A DNA stretch of 64,000 bases from positions 264,418-328,417 of the forward strand of contig NC_014926.1 in NCBI RefSeq assembly GCF_000185805.1, in the 5' to 3' direction. The position numbers and the translations under genes were made by a program. The DNA is from Thermovibrio ammonificans HB-1. Lineage in GTDB: Bacteria; Aquificota; Aquificia; Desulfurobacteriales; Desulfurobacteriaceae. Each line of letters begins with the position of its first letter. The stretch's first letter is position 1. Positions 35,762 through 46,600 of this stretch are shown piece by piece. Below the pieces are notes generated by a model. That model saw only the letters and a program-made list of their open reading frames with translations. It ran no database searches and had not been told where the DNA came from.

Positions 35762-37970
35762 TTGGTTGAGCCTCCTTTAGATATTCAAGTTTAAATTCTG
35801 ATTAATCTATCTTACTTGGGATAGTTTTGGAGCTTTTGAAACTTAGAGTTAGGTGGTTGCCTAAGATTCCAAATTATGAGATAATCAAAATTTAAAGACA
35901 ATGTTAAATCTAGCGGCACTAGCTATGTTTTAATTAAATCTTTGGGAATGAGCCCTTTGTTTATTAAAAATTTCTTAACTGCTTTTAATCGTGCAGCTAT
36001 GAAATTTTCAAAGTCATCTTCCTCTAATGCTTTAATAGCAGCTTCGTTTATGAAGTGACTTTTTAAAATTCTGTTTAACTCTTTAGTATTTCTTCCATTA
36101 CTTTTTAGTTTTTTAAGAAATTCTGAAGGTTTCTGGGCTCCTTTTAAAATTTTATTAGTCTCTGAACTAGATAATGTTCTATTAAGAACTATATCTGCTC
36201 TTTTCTTATTGCTAAAAAACTTTTTGGGGAATATATGTTCGTCTGTAGCCTTAAATAGAGTTAAGGTATTTCCGGATGCAAAGTCTTTTACTTTGTTTAA
36301 GAGTAAAAGAGCTATAAAGCCCTTGAGAAGTGCAGAACTTTTGGCTTTTGGTTTAAGAAGTTCTGAAAGATTGATAGACTCTATACCAATGAAGTGCTGT
36401 ATTTTCTCTTCTACATCTCTACCTTTTGAAAGCAGTTCATTTATAAAGCGTAGAAAATTTTTAAAGTCTTGGTAGGATTTTGTGGCAGCTCCTTCGTCAT
36501 AGCGTTCTGAGAATACGTTTAGGAAGTACCACTGTTTTATGTATTTTGTAAGTATATCTTCATTACTTAATAGCCACTTCTTAATATCAGTAAAGGTTTG
36601 TTGCTTCATGTGTGTAAGAAAATTAAAATTGCCTAATAGTTGCTGTTGCTTTTCTTTATCGGAGGTTTGTTGCTTTATGTGTGTAAGAAAAGCAAACATG
36701 GCAACTAATGGAACCAACATTGAAGTGTAAGGGAGGTTTTTGCTAACTGTTCCTAACTCGTTTTGGAGAAAGTCTAAGCTTTTCTCTAAGCCTATTTCTA
36801 AAGTTTCTTTATAGCTTTTGAAGTCTTTAGCTGAAATTGTAATTAGCTGTTTGGGTTTAGGTTCTTTGTTTAGAAGAAGAGCTAGAACTTTTAGTATTAG
36901 TGAGCTGTTAAGCTCTTTAAGATCTTTAAAGTATGAGAACTTATCCTTTATTTCTTCTATTACAATCTCTACATCTTGTTTTTTCAGACCTTCTTTTCGA
37001 AGTTTAGCAAAAAGCAAGTCTGTGGTGGAAAGTTTATAGCTGGTTCTATTGATCCGCTCAAAAATTTCTACTACATCTTCAAGTTTAACATCTTGAGGAA
37101 CAGTGATATAAAATACTTCAAATTCAAAAAATCTTCTAAGAGCGCTTCTTACCTTTTGAGCTTTTTCTTGTTCAAGAATTTCTCTTAAGTTATCGTAAAT
37201 TTCATCGATAATTGTGTCGTCAATTCTGCCATTACTGATAAGTTTTGATAAATTGATATATTCAATACTACCGTTGATGTTTTTTAAGAACTCTTGAAAT
37301 TTAAGTTCTGAATTAGTTTCTTTTTTGAGACTCTCAAATTTTTCTTTCAAATGAAAATATTCTTTTTGTAGTATTTTTCTGTATTCCCGATTAGTTTCAC
37401 TTTCGGTAGCATACACTATAGAATCTTGAAGTTCTCCTTTTATTAATTGGGGAATATATAGGTAGAATCTATGGGGATTTTTGCTACCTTGTAAAACTTG
37501 GTCTGTAGGTGTAATAGAGTAAAGGATAGAATTAAGTCTTTGTTGACCATCTAAGACAACGTTTACTATAGTGTTCTCATCAGGGGACTTTACATTTTGG
37601 TTTTTTAATGCTGGTAGAGGTTTTACTTGGAAGTCAATTTTCCCTTTAGTATTTTGATGAAAAAGGATAGTTCCTATAAAATAACCTCCAAGTATTGATG
37701 TTAAAAGCTCTTTTATATCTTCTGCTTTCCATATAAAGTCTCTTTGGAATTCGGGAATTAAAATTTCACTCTTGAAAGCCTTTTCAATAATGTTGCGAAT
37801 TTTGATTCTGTCTGTAGATAACATTAGAGGCATTTTATCCCCCTATGAAGTTAGTTCTGCTTTTAGAATTTAGGAGAATATTCTATCTGCTGCAAGTTTA
37901 TAGTGATGTCTTGGTAAAGTTCGAGCCTCCCTGCAACTCCTTTGCAATAGGAGTTAGTAGTCACTAAATT
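35762..37970. other. AT-rich genomic islet A (about 30% GC) inserted 3' of tRNA-Leu; single defence-type gene
   Basis: GC content drops sharply right after the tRNA-Leu 3' end and recovers at about 37970. Confidence 0.55.
35923..37833 (-). CDS. GmrSD-like DUF262/DUF1524 fusion nuclease (candidate type IV modification-dependent restriction enzyme)
   Basis: N-terminal DUF262 motifs PEFQRDFIW and VVLDGQQRLNSI. C-terminal His-Me/DUF1524-like DEHIFPKK...NRTLSSSETNKILKG. 636 aa in very AT-rich coding sequence. Confidence 0.65.
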   Translation of the reverse strand: MPLMLSTDRIKIRNIIEKAFKSEILIPEFQRDFIWKAEDIKELLTSILGGYFIGTILFHQNTKGKIDFQVKPLPALKNQNVKSPDENTIVNVVLDGQQRLNSILYSITPTDQVLQGSKNPHRFYLYIPQLIKGELQDSIVYATESETNREYRKILQKEYFHLKEKFESLKKETNSELKFQEFLKNINGSIEYINLSKLISNGRIDDTIIDEIYDNLREILEQEKAQKVRSALRRFFEFEVFYITVPQDVKLEDVVEIFERINRTSYKLSTTDLLFAKLRKEGLKKQDVEIVIEEIKDKFSYFKDLKELNSSLILKVLALLLNKEPKPKQLITISAKDFKSYKETLEIGLEKSLDFLQNELGTVSKNLPYTSMLVPLVAMFAFLTHIKQQTSDKEKQQQLLGNFNFLTHMKQQTFTDIKKWLLSNEDILTKYIKQWYFLNVFSERYDEGAATKSYQDFKNFLRFINELLSKGRDVEEKIQHFIGIESINLSELLKPKAKSSALLKGFIALLLLNKVKDFASGNTLTLFKATDEHIFPKKFFSNKKRADIVLNRTLSSSETNKILKGAQKPSEFLKKLKSNGRNTKELNRILKSHFINEAAIKALEEDDFENFIAARLKAVKKFLINKGLIPKDLIKT

Positions 37971-38004
37971 ATTGAGCCGAAGACCCCCCTCCAGGAGGTT
38001 CGCC

Positions 38005-38256
38005 ATGGACGTTGTTCTCTTTGTGATTGCCGTTACTTTCCTGATGAACCTGCCCTTCGGCTGGCTCAGAGAGGGTGTGAGGAAGTTCTCTCCTCAGTGG
38101 TTTCTCTACGTTCACCTGCCGATTCCGTTTATAATAGCTTTAAGGATTGGTCTTGGCGTTCCTTGGAAGTTTGCTCCCCTTCTCATCGTTGTTGCCATTC
38201 TCGGTCAGGCGGTAGGTGCAAGGCTCCGCAGGCGCCAAATGGTTGTGGAGGAGTAA
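38005..38256 (+). CDS. small hypothetical membrane protein
   Basis: AGGAGG RBS before the ATG at 38005. Two hydrophobic helices. The stop overlaps the hslV start (TAATG). Confidence 0.45.
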   Translation: MDVVLFVIAVTFLMNLPFGWLREGVRKFSPQWFLYVHLPIPFIIALRIGLGVPWKFAPLLIVVAILGQAVGARLRRRQMVVEE

Positions 38257-38786
38257 TGGATTTTCATGGAACTACCATCTGTGCCGTTTTGAGAGACGGC
38301 AAGGTGGCCATGGCCGGAGACGGCCAGGTTACCCTCGGCAATACCGTTTTTAAGAACGGCGCAAGGAAGGTAAGGAAGCTTTACGGAGGGCGCGTTCTTG
38401 CCGGCTTTGCAGGTTCTGTTGCCGACGCCTTTTCCTTGCTTGAAAGGTTTGAGGATAAGCTGCAGACTTACGGCGGTAACCTTTTGAAGTCGGCCGTTGA
38501 GCTTGCGAAGGATTGGAGAACCGATAGGATTCTCAGGCGTTTGGAGGCTATGCTACTTGTTGCCGATAAGAGCAGAATCCTCCTTATTTCCGGGAACGGC
38601 GACGTTATAGAGCCCGATATCCCGGTTATGGCCGTTGGTTCAGGGGGCCCTTACGCTCAGGCTGCGGCTACCGCTCTCTATCAGAATACCGAGCTTCCCG
38701 CCGCCGAAATTGCCCGCAAGGCCCTGGAGATTGCAGGTAACATCTGTATTTATACCAACACGAATATCGTTGTTGAAGAGCTTTAA
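38256..38786 (+). CDS. hslV: ATP-dependent protease subunit HslV
   Basis: [17 protein letters not shown]... with the N-terminal Thr protease active site after Met removal. Confidence 0.9.
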   Translation: MDFHGTTICAVLRDGKVAMAGDGQVTLGNTVFKNGARKVRKLYGGRVLAGFAGSVADAFSLLERFEDKLQTYGGNLLKSAVELAKDWRTDRILRRLEAMLLVADKSRILLISGNGDVIEPDIPVMAVGSGGPYAQAAATALYQNTELPAAEIARKALEIAGNICIYTNTNIVVEEL

Positions 38787-38795
38787 GGAGGAAGT

Positions 38796-40238
38796 ATGTT
38801 GAAACGCCTCTTTGGGGGCGAAGAGCCTCGCAGGGAGTCCGGCTCTACCGAGGAGTTCCTCACCCCCCGCCGGATAGTTGAGGAGCTCGATAAGTACGTT
38901 GTCGGCCAGAGGGAGGCCAAGAAGGCCGTTGCAATAGCCCTCAGGAACAGGTGGCGCCGTCAGAGGCTCCCCGAGGAGATGAGGGACGAGGTTGTCCCGA
39001 AGAACATCATTATGATAGGGCCCACGGGTGTGGGGAAAACGGAGATAGCCCGCAGGCTGGCGAAGCTCGTTAAGGCTCCCTTCATAAAGGTTGAGGCTAC
39101 GAAGTTTACCGAGGTCGGCTACGTAGGCCGAGACGTTGAGTCTATAATCCGCGACCTTGTAGAGATAGCCGTTAATATGGTGAAGGAAGAGAAGATGGCC
39201 CAAGTGGAGGAGCGGGCCAGAGAGCTTGCCTATGAGCGCCTTGCCGAGTATATGGTTCCCGAACCCAAACACCCTCAGCAGCAGTCGGTTCAGAACCTTT
39301 TCGACATCTTCTTCCCCTCTCCGGCAAGGCAGAAGGACCACGACTACGAGGCCGAGCTTTCAAGGCTTAAGGACGAGAGGAACAGGATTAAGAAGCTTCT
39401 AAAGGAGGGGAAGCTCGACGACGAGATTGTTGAGATTCCCGTTACTGTAGAGACTACTCCCGGTATAAACGTTGTGGGCTTAGGAGGGGACATCTCGAAC
39501 CTTCAAGATGTTCTCTCTTCCATACTGCCCAAGCCCAAGAAGCTCCGAAAGATGAAGGTTAAGGAAGCCATTCGCTACCTCACCCAGGAAGAGGCCTCCA
39601 AGCTCATAGATATGGATGAGGTTATCAGGGAGGCTATAGACAGGGCCGAAAATCAGGGAATCATCTTCATAGACGAAATAGATAAGGTGGCCTCCCGTGA
39701 AGGGGCGCGGGGCCCCGATGTCTCAAGGGAGGGAGTCCAGAGGGACCTTCTTCCTATAGTTGAAGGCTCTAAAGTTTCTACCAAGTACGGCCTTGTGAGA
39801 ACCGACCACATGCTCTTTATAGCCGCCGGAGCTTTTCACGTTGCAAAGCCGTCGGACCTCCTTCCCGAGCTTCAGGGCCGCTTCCCCATAAGGGTAGAGC
39901 TTAAACCCCTTACAAAGGAAGATTTTGTGAGAATCCTCACAGAGCCCAAAAACGCCCTTACAAAGCAGTATAAAGCCTTGCTTGAAACCGAAGGGGTGGA
40001 GCTTGAGTTTACCCCGGACGGCATAGAGGAGATTGCCCGCATAGCCGAGGAGGCAAACGAGAGGGCCGAGAACATAGGTGCCAGGAGGCTCCACACGGTT
40101 ATGGAGAAGCTCCTTGAAGAGGTCTCCTTTATGGCTCCGGAGATGAAGGGGCAGAAAGTTGTAGTAGATAGGGATTTTGTGAGGGAGAAGCTCTCCGACA
40201 TAATTCAAGACGAAGACCTTACCAAGTACGTTCTTTAG
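38796..40238 (+). CDS. hslU: ATP-dependent protease ATPase subunit HslU
   Basis: Motif [17 protein letters not shown] and Walker [17 protein letters not shown]+ protein with an I-domain insertion. Confidence 0.9.
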   Translation: MLKRLFGGEEPRRESGSTEEFLTPRRIVEELDKYVVGQREAKKAVAIALRNRWRRQRLPEEMRDEVVPKNIIMIGPTGVGKTEIARRLAKLVKAPFIKVEATKFTEVGYVGRDVESIIRDLVEIAVNMVKEEKMAQVEERARELAYERLAEYMVPEPKHPQQQSVQNLFDIFFPSPARQKDHDYEAELSRLKDERNRIKKLLKEGKLDDEIVEIPVTVETTPGINVVGLGGDISNLQDVLSSILPKPKKLRKMKVKEAIRYLTQEEASKLIDMDEVIREAIDRAENQGIIFIDEIDKVASREGARGPDVSREGVQRDLLPIVEGSKVSTKYGLVRTDHMLFIAAGAFHVAKPSDLLPELQGRFPIRVELKPLTKEDFVRILTEPKNALTKQYKALLETEGVELEFTPDGIEEIARIAEEANERAENIGARRLHTVMEKLLEEVSFMAPEMKGQKVVVDRDFVREKLSDIIQDEDLTKYVL

Positions 40239-40246
40239 GAGTTGTT

Positions 40247-41278
40247 TTGAGGCTTGAGGAGATTTTTCAAAAAGTTCCCGTTATAGGCGAGGCTTACCTT
40301 ACCTTCAGCCAGCCCGAGAACTTCTACCTTACGGGCTTTCGCTCAACTTTTGGCGTTACGGTGGTTACCGCTAAGGGAGACGCCCTTTTCCTCACAGACG
40401 GCCGCTACTTTGAAGAGGCCAAGAAGCAGGTGAAGAACTTTAAGCTTGTTCTCTGGAAAGGTTGGGAAACCCTGAAAGAGGTGTTAAAAGGGCTCTCTTT
40501 GGAGTCTGTATCTGTTGACCCTTCAAGGCTCTCCCTTGCAAACTACCGAAAGCTTCAGGAGTTCATTCAAGTTGTGGAGGCTCCCGGCTTTATATCCCAG
40601 TTCAGGGCCAGGAAAACTCCCCGGGAAATCTCCCTCATCACAAGGGCTGTTCAGATAGCAGAGCTTTCCCTGAAAAGCGTTTTGCACCTTCTAAAACCCG
40701 GAATTACAGAGCTTGAGTTCCGCAGGGAGCTTATAAACGCCTTCTTTAAGTTCGGGGGAGAGGGAGAGGCCTTCCCCACCATAGTCGCCTCGGGTCCCGG
40801 TTCCGCAATTCCCCACTGGCAGACCTCAAACAGGGAGATAAAAGACGGCGACGTTGTAATAGTAGACTTCGGAACCGTTTACGGCGGCTACGTTTCCGAT
40901 ATTACAAGGACTTTCCTCGTAGGGAACGTTCCGTCGCAGATGAAAGAGGTTTACACCGTAGTTAAAGAGGCTCAGGAGCTCGGGGTTTCCCTTTTAAAGG
41001 CGGGGAAGGCCTGTAAAGAGATGGATTCGGCCGTTAGGGAGTTTATCGCCTCTAAAGGTTACGGGGAGTTCTTCGTCCACTCCCTCGGTCACGGAATAGG
41101 AATAGAGGTGCATGAAGCTCCCACTCTTTCTATCCGTTCAGACCAAGTCCTTCAAGAGGGAAACGTTGTTACCGTTGAGCCGGGTATCTACATCCCGGAG
41201 CTCGGCGGCGTTCGAATAGAAGACGACTGCCTTGTCACTGTTGAGGGAAGTTTCCTTATTTCACATGTCATCGTTTAA
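40247..41278 (+). CDS. M24-family Xaa-Pro aminopeptidase / prolidase
   Basis: Creatinase-type N-terminal domain plus M24 metal-ligand motifs HSLGHGIGIEVHE and VEPGIY...RIEDD. Confidence 0.8.
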   Translation: MRLEEIFQKVPVIGEAYLTFSQPENFYLTGFRSTFGVTVVTAKGDALFLTDGRYFEEAKKQVKNFKLVLWKGWETLKEVLKGLSLESVSVDPSRLSLANYRKLQEFIQVVEAPGFISQFRARKTPREISLITRAVQIAELSLKSVLHLLKPGITELEFRRELINAFFKFGGEGEAFPTIVASGPGSAIPHWQTSNREIKDGDVVIVDFGTVYGGYVSDITRTFLVGNVPSQMKEVYTVVKEAQELGVSLLKAGKACKEMDSAVREFIASKGYGEFFVHSLGHGIGIEVHEAPTLSIRSDQVLQEGNVVTVEPGIYIPELGGVRIEDDCLVTVEGSFLISHVIV

Positions 41279-42128
41279 CTACTCTGCCTAATCGGATTTT
41301 AAAATCAGTTATTTCTTTCTCTACTTTACTTCCTACGTTTAAAAAGAAGTCTGCTTCTTCTATTACAGGAGTATTCTTTCCAAATTTAAACTTGGTTAAT
41401 AAAATTATTTCTCCTTCTACTTCATATTCTTTTACCAGATTTAAATCTATAAAGTGTAAAGAAGGTGAATTTTGTGGGATTTTTTCCAGTTGCCACTCAT
41501 CCTTAGTTCTATCATCGCTGACTTCAATTACCTCGATTAGAGAGAGTTCTCCATAACCGTATCTTACATCTCCTCCAATGTAAATAGGGCGGTTTTTCAT
41601 ATTTTTAAGGTAATTTTCATGCTCTTGCTCTTTTAAATTGACGAATCCTATCCAGTGTATTTGCTCGTGTTTTTCTATAGAAAAATCTTTAAAAGGAACT
41701 TCCTGTTTGGGATTTGGTAGAATGAAGTCAAGCTCATGTAGACTTTCGTCTTTTGCTCTTCTGCTTAGTGGCTCTATCGCTGTTTGTATAATATTGTCCA
41801 CTAAGTAGAATCTAAACATGTCTTCGTAAAGACAGTTTGAGTTAATATCAAAGCAGAACATACCTTCTTTATAAGAAGGCTTTAGCAATTTTGTGCCGTT
41901 AGCATCGAAACTGGGATAGAAGTTAGTTATTTCTTCGAATAAAGAGCTTGTTTCATCTTTGTCTAATTTAGCCGCCTCATCTTTAAAAAAAATTGAAAAA
42001 TGGTTAGTTAGAGCTCCCCACATAGTTTGCCCTGGAATGAAGATTGCTGTTTCTTTTATAACACCCCACTTAAATGAACCTATATGAATAGGTTGTTCTT
42101 GTCTGAAAACCAATTTATACCAACCCAC
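41268..42128 (-). CDS. cmr3: Cas5-group RAMP, Cmr3-like
   Basis: N-terminus WYKLVFRQEQPIHIG...IFIPGQTMWGALTNHF parallels the Cmr3 consensus (h-FR-x-RPF ... IPGSTVAGAIRT). Confidence 0.55.
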   Translation of the reverse strand: MGWYKLVFRQEQPIHIGSFKWGVIKETAIFIPGQTMWGALTNHFSIFFKDEAAKLDKDETSSLFEEITNFYPSFDANGTKLLKPSYKEGMFCFDINSNCLYEDMFRFYLVDNIIQTAIEPLSRRAKDESLHELDFILPNPKQEVPFKDFSIEKHEQIHWIGFVNLKEQEHENYLKNMKNRPIYIGGDVRYGYGELSLIEVIEVSDDRTKDEWQLEKIPQNSPSLHFIDLNLVKEYEVEGEIILLTKFKFGKNTPVIEEADFFLNVGSKVEKEITDFKIRLGRVVKR

Positions 42129-42130
42129 TG

Positions 42131-42502
42131 TTAATCTCCTAAACTTTTTGCATGATATCTGGCATAGATAAGAGTCTTTTCTAAAAGTTGTTTGATGAAA
42201 AGAAGTTTATGTAGATCTTCAGATATAGATTGAAAATAATTTTCAAAACTCTCTTCTTCGCTTTTTTCTTTTACAAATTTCATTACTCTCATTAATTCGT
42301 TGAATAAAGCATGATCATTTATGTCTTTTCGAGATCTTGCCCAAACCCACATAGCATAGACACCATTGTTTGCTAAAACTCCAAGTAGTTTATTTATTTC
42401 AGTTTCTTCTAATATTCCTTCCGACACTATTTCATAAGAAATTTTACTTATTAGAGCTTCTAAACTTTCTACCTTTTGGTTAGACATCTTGATTTCCTCC
42501 AT
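42131..42502 (-). CDS. cmr5: small alpha-helical subunit, Cmr5/Cas11-like
   Basis: 123 aa and predicted all-helical. Sits in the cmr5 position between the cmr4-like and cmr3-like genes. Confidence 0.4.
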   Translation of the reverse strand: MEEIKMSNQKVESLEALISKISYEIVSEGILEETEINKLLGVLANNGVYAMWVWARSRKDINDHALFNELMRVMKFVKEKSEEESFENYFQSISEDLHKLLFIKQLLEKTLIYARYHAKSLGD

Positions 42503-43667
42503 CTGAATTGTTTTTTTTCTCTTGTAAATTTATTACTAACCTTCCAAAGCCTCTTGTTGTCATACCACCTATACCAAGGGTTTCATAAAAATGTTTGCTG
42601 TCCTCTAAAGCATTTTTTAAATCCCCTACTTCAGGAAGGGGGGTTAATTTTTCTTCAATCTCTCCAAAGCTTTTCTTATCGAAGATTCTTATATTTCCGT
42701 AAAAGATTGTGCCCCTTGGAATAGCTTCAGATGTGAATAACGCACCTTCTTTTGCCGCACCAGTGATTGGGTCTATAGAAACAGAAGTTCTAACTTCAAG
42801 GTTTGAGTTAACTATGTGCGGAAATAAATCTTCGGGAACAATGATTATATCTTTAGGTTCTAATTTAAAGCTACCAAACTCACTTATGTCGTTGGTGAGG
42901 CTTATATTATGTTTGCTAGTATCTACTTCCAAATATAACCAGCCTAGATTTAAATGAGAAATATCTTCTTCACTATTGTGAATTCTTATTTTTTTGTCTG
43001 TAGGTTTACTTTCATCAATTCCTGTCTTTCTCAGTTTTGAAGCTGTTGTTATCCATTTTGTTCCTTTTATTGTAAAAACGGGGAAAAGTATAATTTCCAA
43101 ATCACTAAAAAATAACATCCCTTGCCAGCTAATATCTTTTTTAGAAAAACCAAAACCTTTACAAACTATACAATGTCCACAGTGCCCTGTATTTTCTACT
43201 GAGTCGTTTAAATCTTCAAAATATTTATCAGGAGCTTCATCTTGCCCAGCACATTTAATTCCGATAAATCTATTCCCTTCAAATAGAATCCATTTCTTGT
43301 TATTTGAATCTTCTATGTTAAAGATTTGCTTCATAAATTCCTTTCTTTCATTGGAATCTAACGCTGACCAAATTGATTTTCCCTTTGATCTTAGGAATTC
43401 GTTCAACTTATTTTTCCTTTCAGATTTATTAATTTTGAATTTATCATTAGAAAAATATTTATGAACCTCTAAGACAACATAATATCTCCAAGTTCCGGCT
43501 AAACTGCTACCGGGAATTTTGGGAACATTTGTTATTGGGTCTCTTACAATAGTATTGTCCACCCTACCGATTGTGTATCCACCAGTTCCAATGTAAATTG
43601 GGTCGGAAGCCATTGCAAATATTTCTAATTCTTTTACTGGGTTATTATTTCCCGTCCTCTGGCTCAT
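42480..43667 (-). CDS. cmr4: Cas7-group RAMP, Cmr4-like backbone subunit with CxxC zinc knuckle
   Basis: IYIGTGGYTIGRVDNTIVRDPITNVPKIPGSSLAG matches the Cmr4/Csm3 G-loop. Also carries a C-terminal G-rich loop GIGGMTTRGFGRL and a CGHCIVC motif. Confidence 0.6.
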   Translation of the reverse strand: MSQRTGNNNPVKELEIFAMASDPIYIGTGGYTIGRVDNTIVRDPITNVPKIPGSSLAGTWRYYVVLEVHKYFSNDKFKINKSERKNKLNEFLRSKGKSIWSALDSNERKEFMKQIFNIEDSNNKKWILFEGNRFIGIKCAGQDEAPDKYFEDLNDSVENTGHCGHCIVCKGFGFSKKDISWQGMLFFSDLEIILFPVFTIKGTKWITTASKLRKTGIDESKPTDKKIRIHNSEEDISHLNLGWLYLEVDTSKHNISLTNDISEFGSFKLEPKDIIIVPEDLFPHIVNSNLEVRTSVSIDPITGAAKEGALFTSEAIPRGTIFYGNIRIFDKKSFGEIEEKLTPLPEVGDLKNALEDSKHFYETLGIGGMTTRGFGRLVINLQEKKNNSDGGNQDV

Positions 43668-43668
43668 C

Positions 43669-46600
43669 TTAAACCTCCTTTAACATTGTATGCCAGAATT
43701 CAAACATATCTATGAATAGATAAAGGTTTTTTGTGTTAGATAAAGCTTCTCTTAATTTCTCTAAATATTCCTGTGAATTTAAATTTACGTCTATGTCGAA
43801 GATTTCCTTAAAAAGTATTCTTCTGTTTATATCATGTAAGTCTAAGTATCTATAAAACATTGGAGCAAACATATAACTGTAATCTGTTCCGAAGTTTTCG
43901 TCTTCTATTTCTGGAAGCTTTGAGTATATAAACTCTACGATTTTGAATAATCGACTTCTTTGATAATTTTTCCCCGTAATTAATTTTTTGAACGCTTTAA
44001 ATTTATCCCAATATTTCTCTATCTCATAAGGTCTATTAGATTTACGCTTAATAGCTCTTTTGTATTTATTGTTTTCATCATAAAAAATATCGTTTTTTCT
44101 TGTATTCGTGTCCATGAATTCAAAATCGAAAGTGTTTGAGACTATTTCCACACTACTATTTTGAGGGAATTTGTCTATTGTGCTAATCCATTTTTTCCAA
44201 TTGTTGTTTGGTTTAATGTAAAAGTTATAATCTTTTTCATACATGTTGTTCCAATAGAGAGAGTAATACCTTTCAGTGTTGTTTATTGATTCTTCTATCG
44301 AGGCTAAAGATAATTTTTTCTTTTGATAAATACAGAATTCACTAATACATTTTGACTCATACAATTTATTTATATCTTTAACATCTCTTCTTATCCTTCT
44401 TAAAGCTTTCAAATTTACATAAGCAGGTCTTTTATAATGAGAAACCACAATTCCTATATGTAGCGGAAGTTTACCATGCACATATTTAAATTCTCTATTG
44501 TATCTTTCCATTACTCCGTCTATAAATTTCTCTAAATACTCTGCAGGGATAACAACTTGATAGCTTTTAGGTGATGGGTCAGTAATTTTAGCAAAAGGTT
44601 TATAGGAAATAAATTTGATGGCTTTTATATCGCTACTAGATATTGAAAATAGCTCATTTTTATCATTTGACCTCCTAAATTTTATACTGTGGAAATTAAA
44701 CTCTTGGAGGAAATTCCTTTCTTGCTCAATAGAGGAAAATAAGTTATTAAGTTTTTCATTTAACTTTTCAATGTTTTCTGGATTACTTTCTTTTCTAAGC
44801 TCGCCTAAAATTTCCTTAGACTTATTTCCATATTTTTTTATAAAATCTTCAATACTAGAAATTAAGTAGAATCTAACTTTATTTCCTTTAGGTTGAGCCC
44901 AATATAGAAGTCCATCTCCTTCTAATTCTTCTCCAGTGCTTTTAATTTTATTAGCAATATTTTCGTTTTCTATTTCAAAACAAATTCTTTGTTTTCTCCA
45001 TTTTGGAATATCCAAAATAGTATCCAAATTTATGTGTATATCTTCAAAAAATTCCCTCGTTGTTTCCCAAATTCTTCTAAGTCTAGCAGGTGAAGGGTTT
45101 TTTCTGAGTAAAAATTGGAGTAAGAGAATCGCTAAAAGGTCTACAGCAGGGTCGCTTTCACTAGTAAATTCTTCCCATTTTATTTTTTCATTTATCCAAT
45201 CTATCTTAGAGTTCAAAGAAGTTTCTTTTATCCAGCTTTCCCATTGTGTCCCGAGTATATTATCAAAGAATAGGCTTTCAGCATTTAAATTTCCCACTTT
45301 TTTTAATTCTTCATTTCTAGTAAAACTTAAATGTAACCAATCTTTATCTACTCTTTTTTTCTTTGAAATAATATTTTCTTTTATGCTCTCAATAAGTTGT
45401 TGACTTTTATTTTCTTCGATTTTTATGATTGTATTCAACAAATTCCCATTCAACCAATCCTCAAGCTCAAATTTTAGGGAAATATAGGCAACTCTATTAT
45501 TTTTATCTTTTACCTCATCCAGCCAGATGGTTTCACCAGAAATATTATCAATCCATTGGGAAACCTGTTTGTGATGAGTTCTATTATCACAAACTTCACA
45601 AATTGTCGGACTATTGTTTTTTTCTTTATCACTTTCGTAAATTAATCTAACCTGGCATATTGGACATATTCCAATAGCTTTTCCTTTTTTAGTTCTTAAT
45701 AGCCATAAATTCAAATCTTTCTTTCTTTTAGCTTTTAAGAAGTTATTTTTAGCATTTTCTAATAAATAAGAAAGGTTCATTAATCCTCTTGAAGCTTTAG
45801 TTAGGAAAATAGCAGGGTAAAATTCATCTTCAGTTTCTCTTTCAAAAATTTCATAAATTTTATTTTCCAGTTCTCTAAGTTCATTTTTTAATTTAGTCAT
45901 ATTTACATTTTCATCTGCTCCTAAATTATCCCCAACTATAAAATAAATTCCTGTTTCATCTCTATAAATTTCATTGCCTATTGGATACTCAACTTCTAAA
46001 AGTTTTTTAATCTCTTCATCTATTTTTTCTGTAATTTCTCTATACCACTGGATAGAAGCAAGTTTTAAACCTTTTTCTGCTAGTCCAAATTTGTCATATT
46101 GTATTCCTAAAATTCGCCATTTTACCTCTCTGATACTTTCCACTACTTTAGATGTTAAAATATAATTAGATATGAGAGCTTTAAATAAAGAAGAAGTTAC
46201 AAAAGTTTGTTGCCACAATGAGACTTCATTATTAGGAAATCTATCATCTGATATTAAATTATCTAGATATTTTTTTAATTTTATTTTTAATCCAATGCAA
46301 TTTTTGTAAATTTCATCTATTTTATTTTGATATTCTTCTTTTTTTGTATCTCCAAGAATAAAAAAGATTTTTTTTATCTCTTTAATTAATTCATCTTTAG
46401 TAAAGTCTCCTCTTGTATATTTTGAATCTTTTATAGCTCCAAATGGGTTGGATAAATTGTTAATTTTTTCTGATTTTATATTTGCTTTTTCAAACTGACT
46501 ATTTGTTATTTCGCTAAGGTTATAGTAGATTTTTAATAAATTATCCCATTTATTCCTCCAATTTTTTAAAAAATCTTTATATAAATAAAATCTTTCACCT

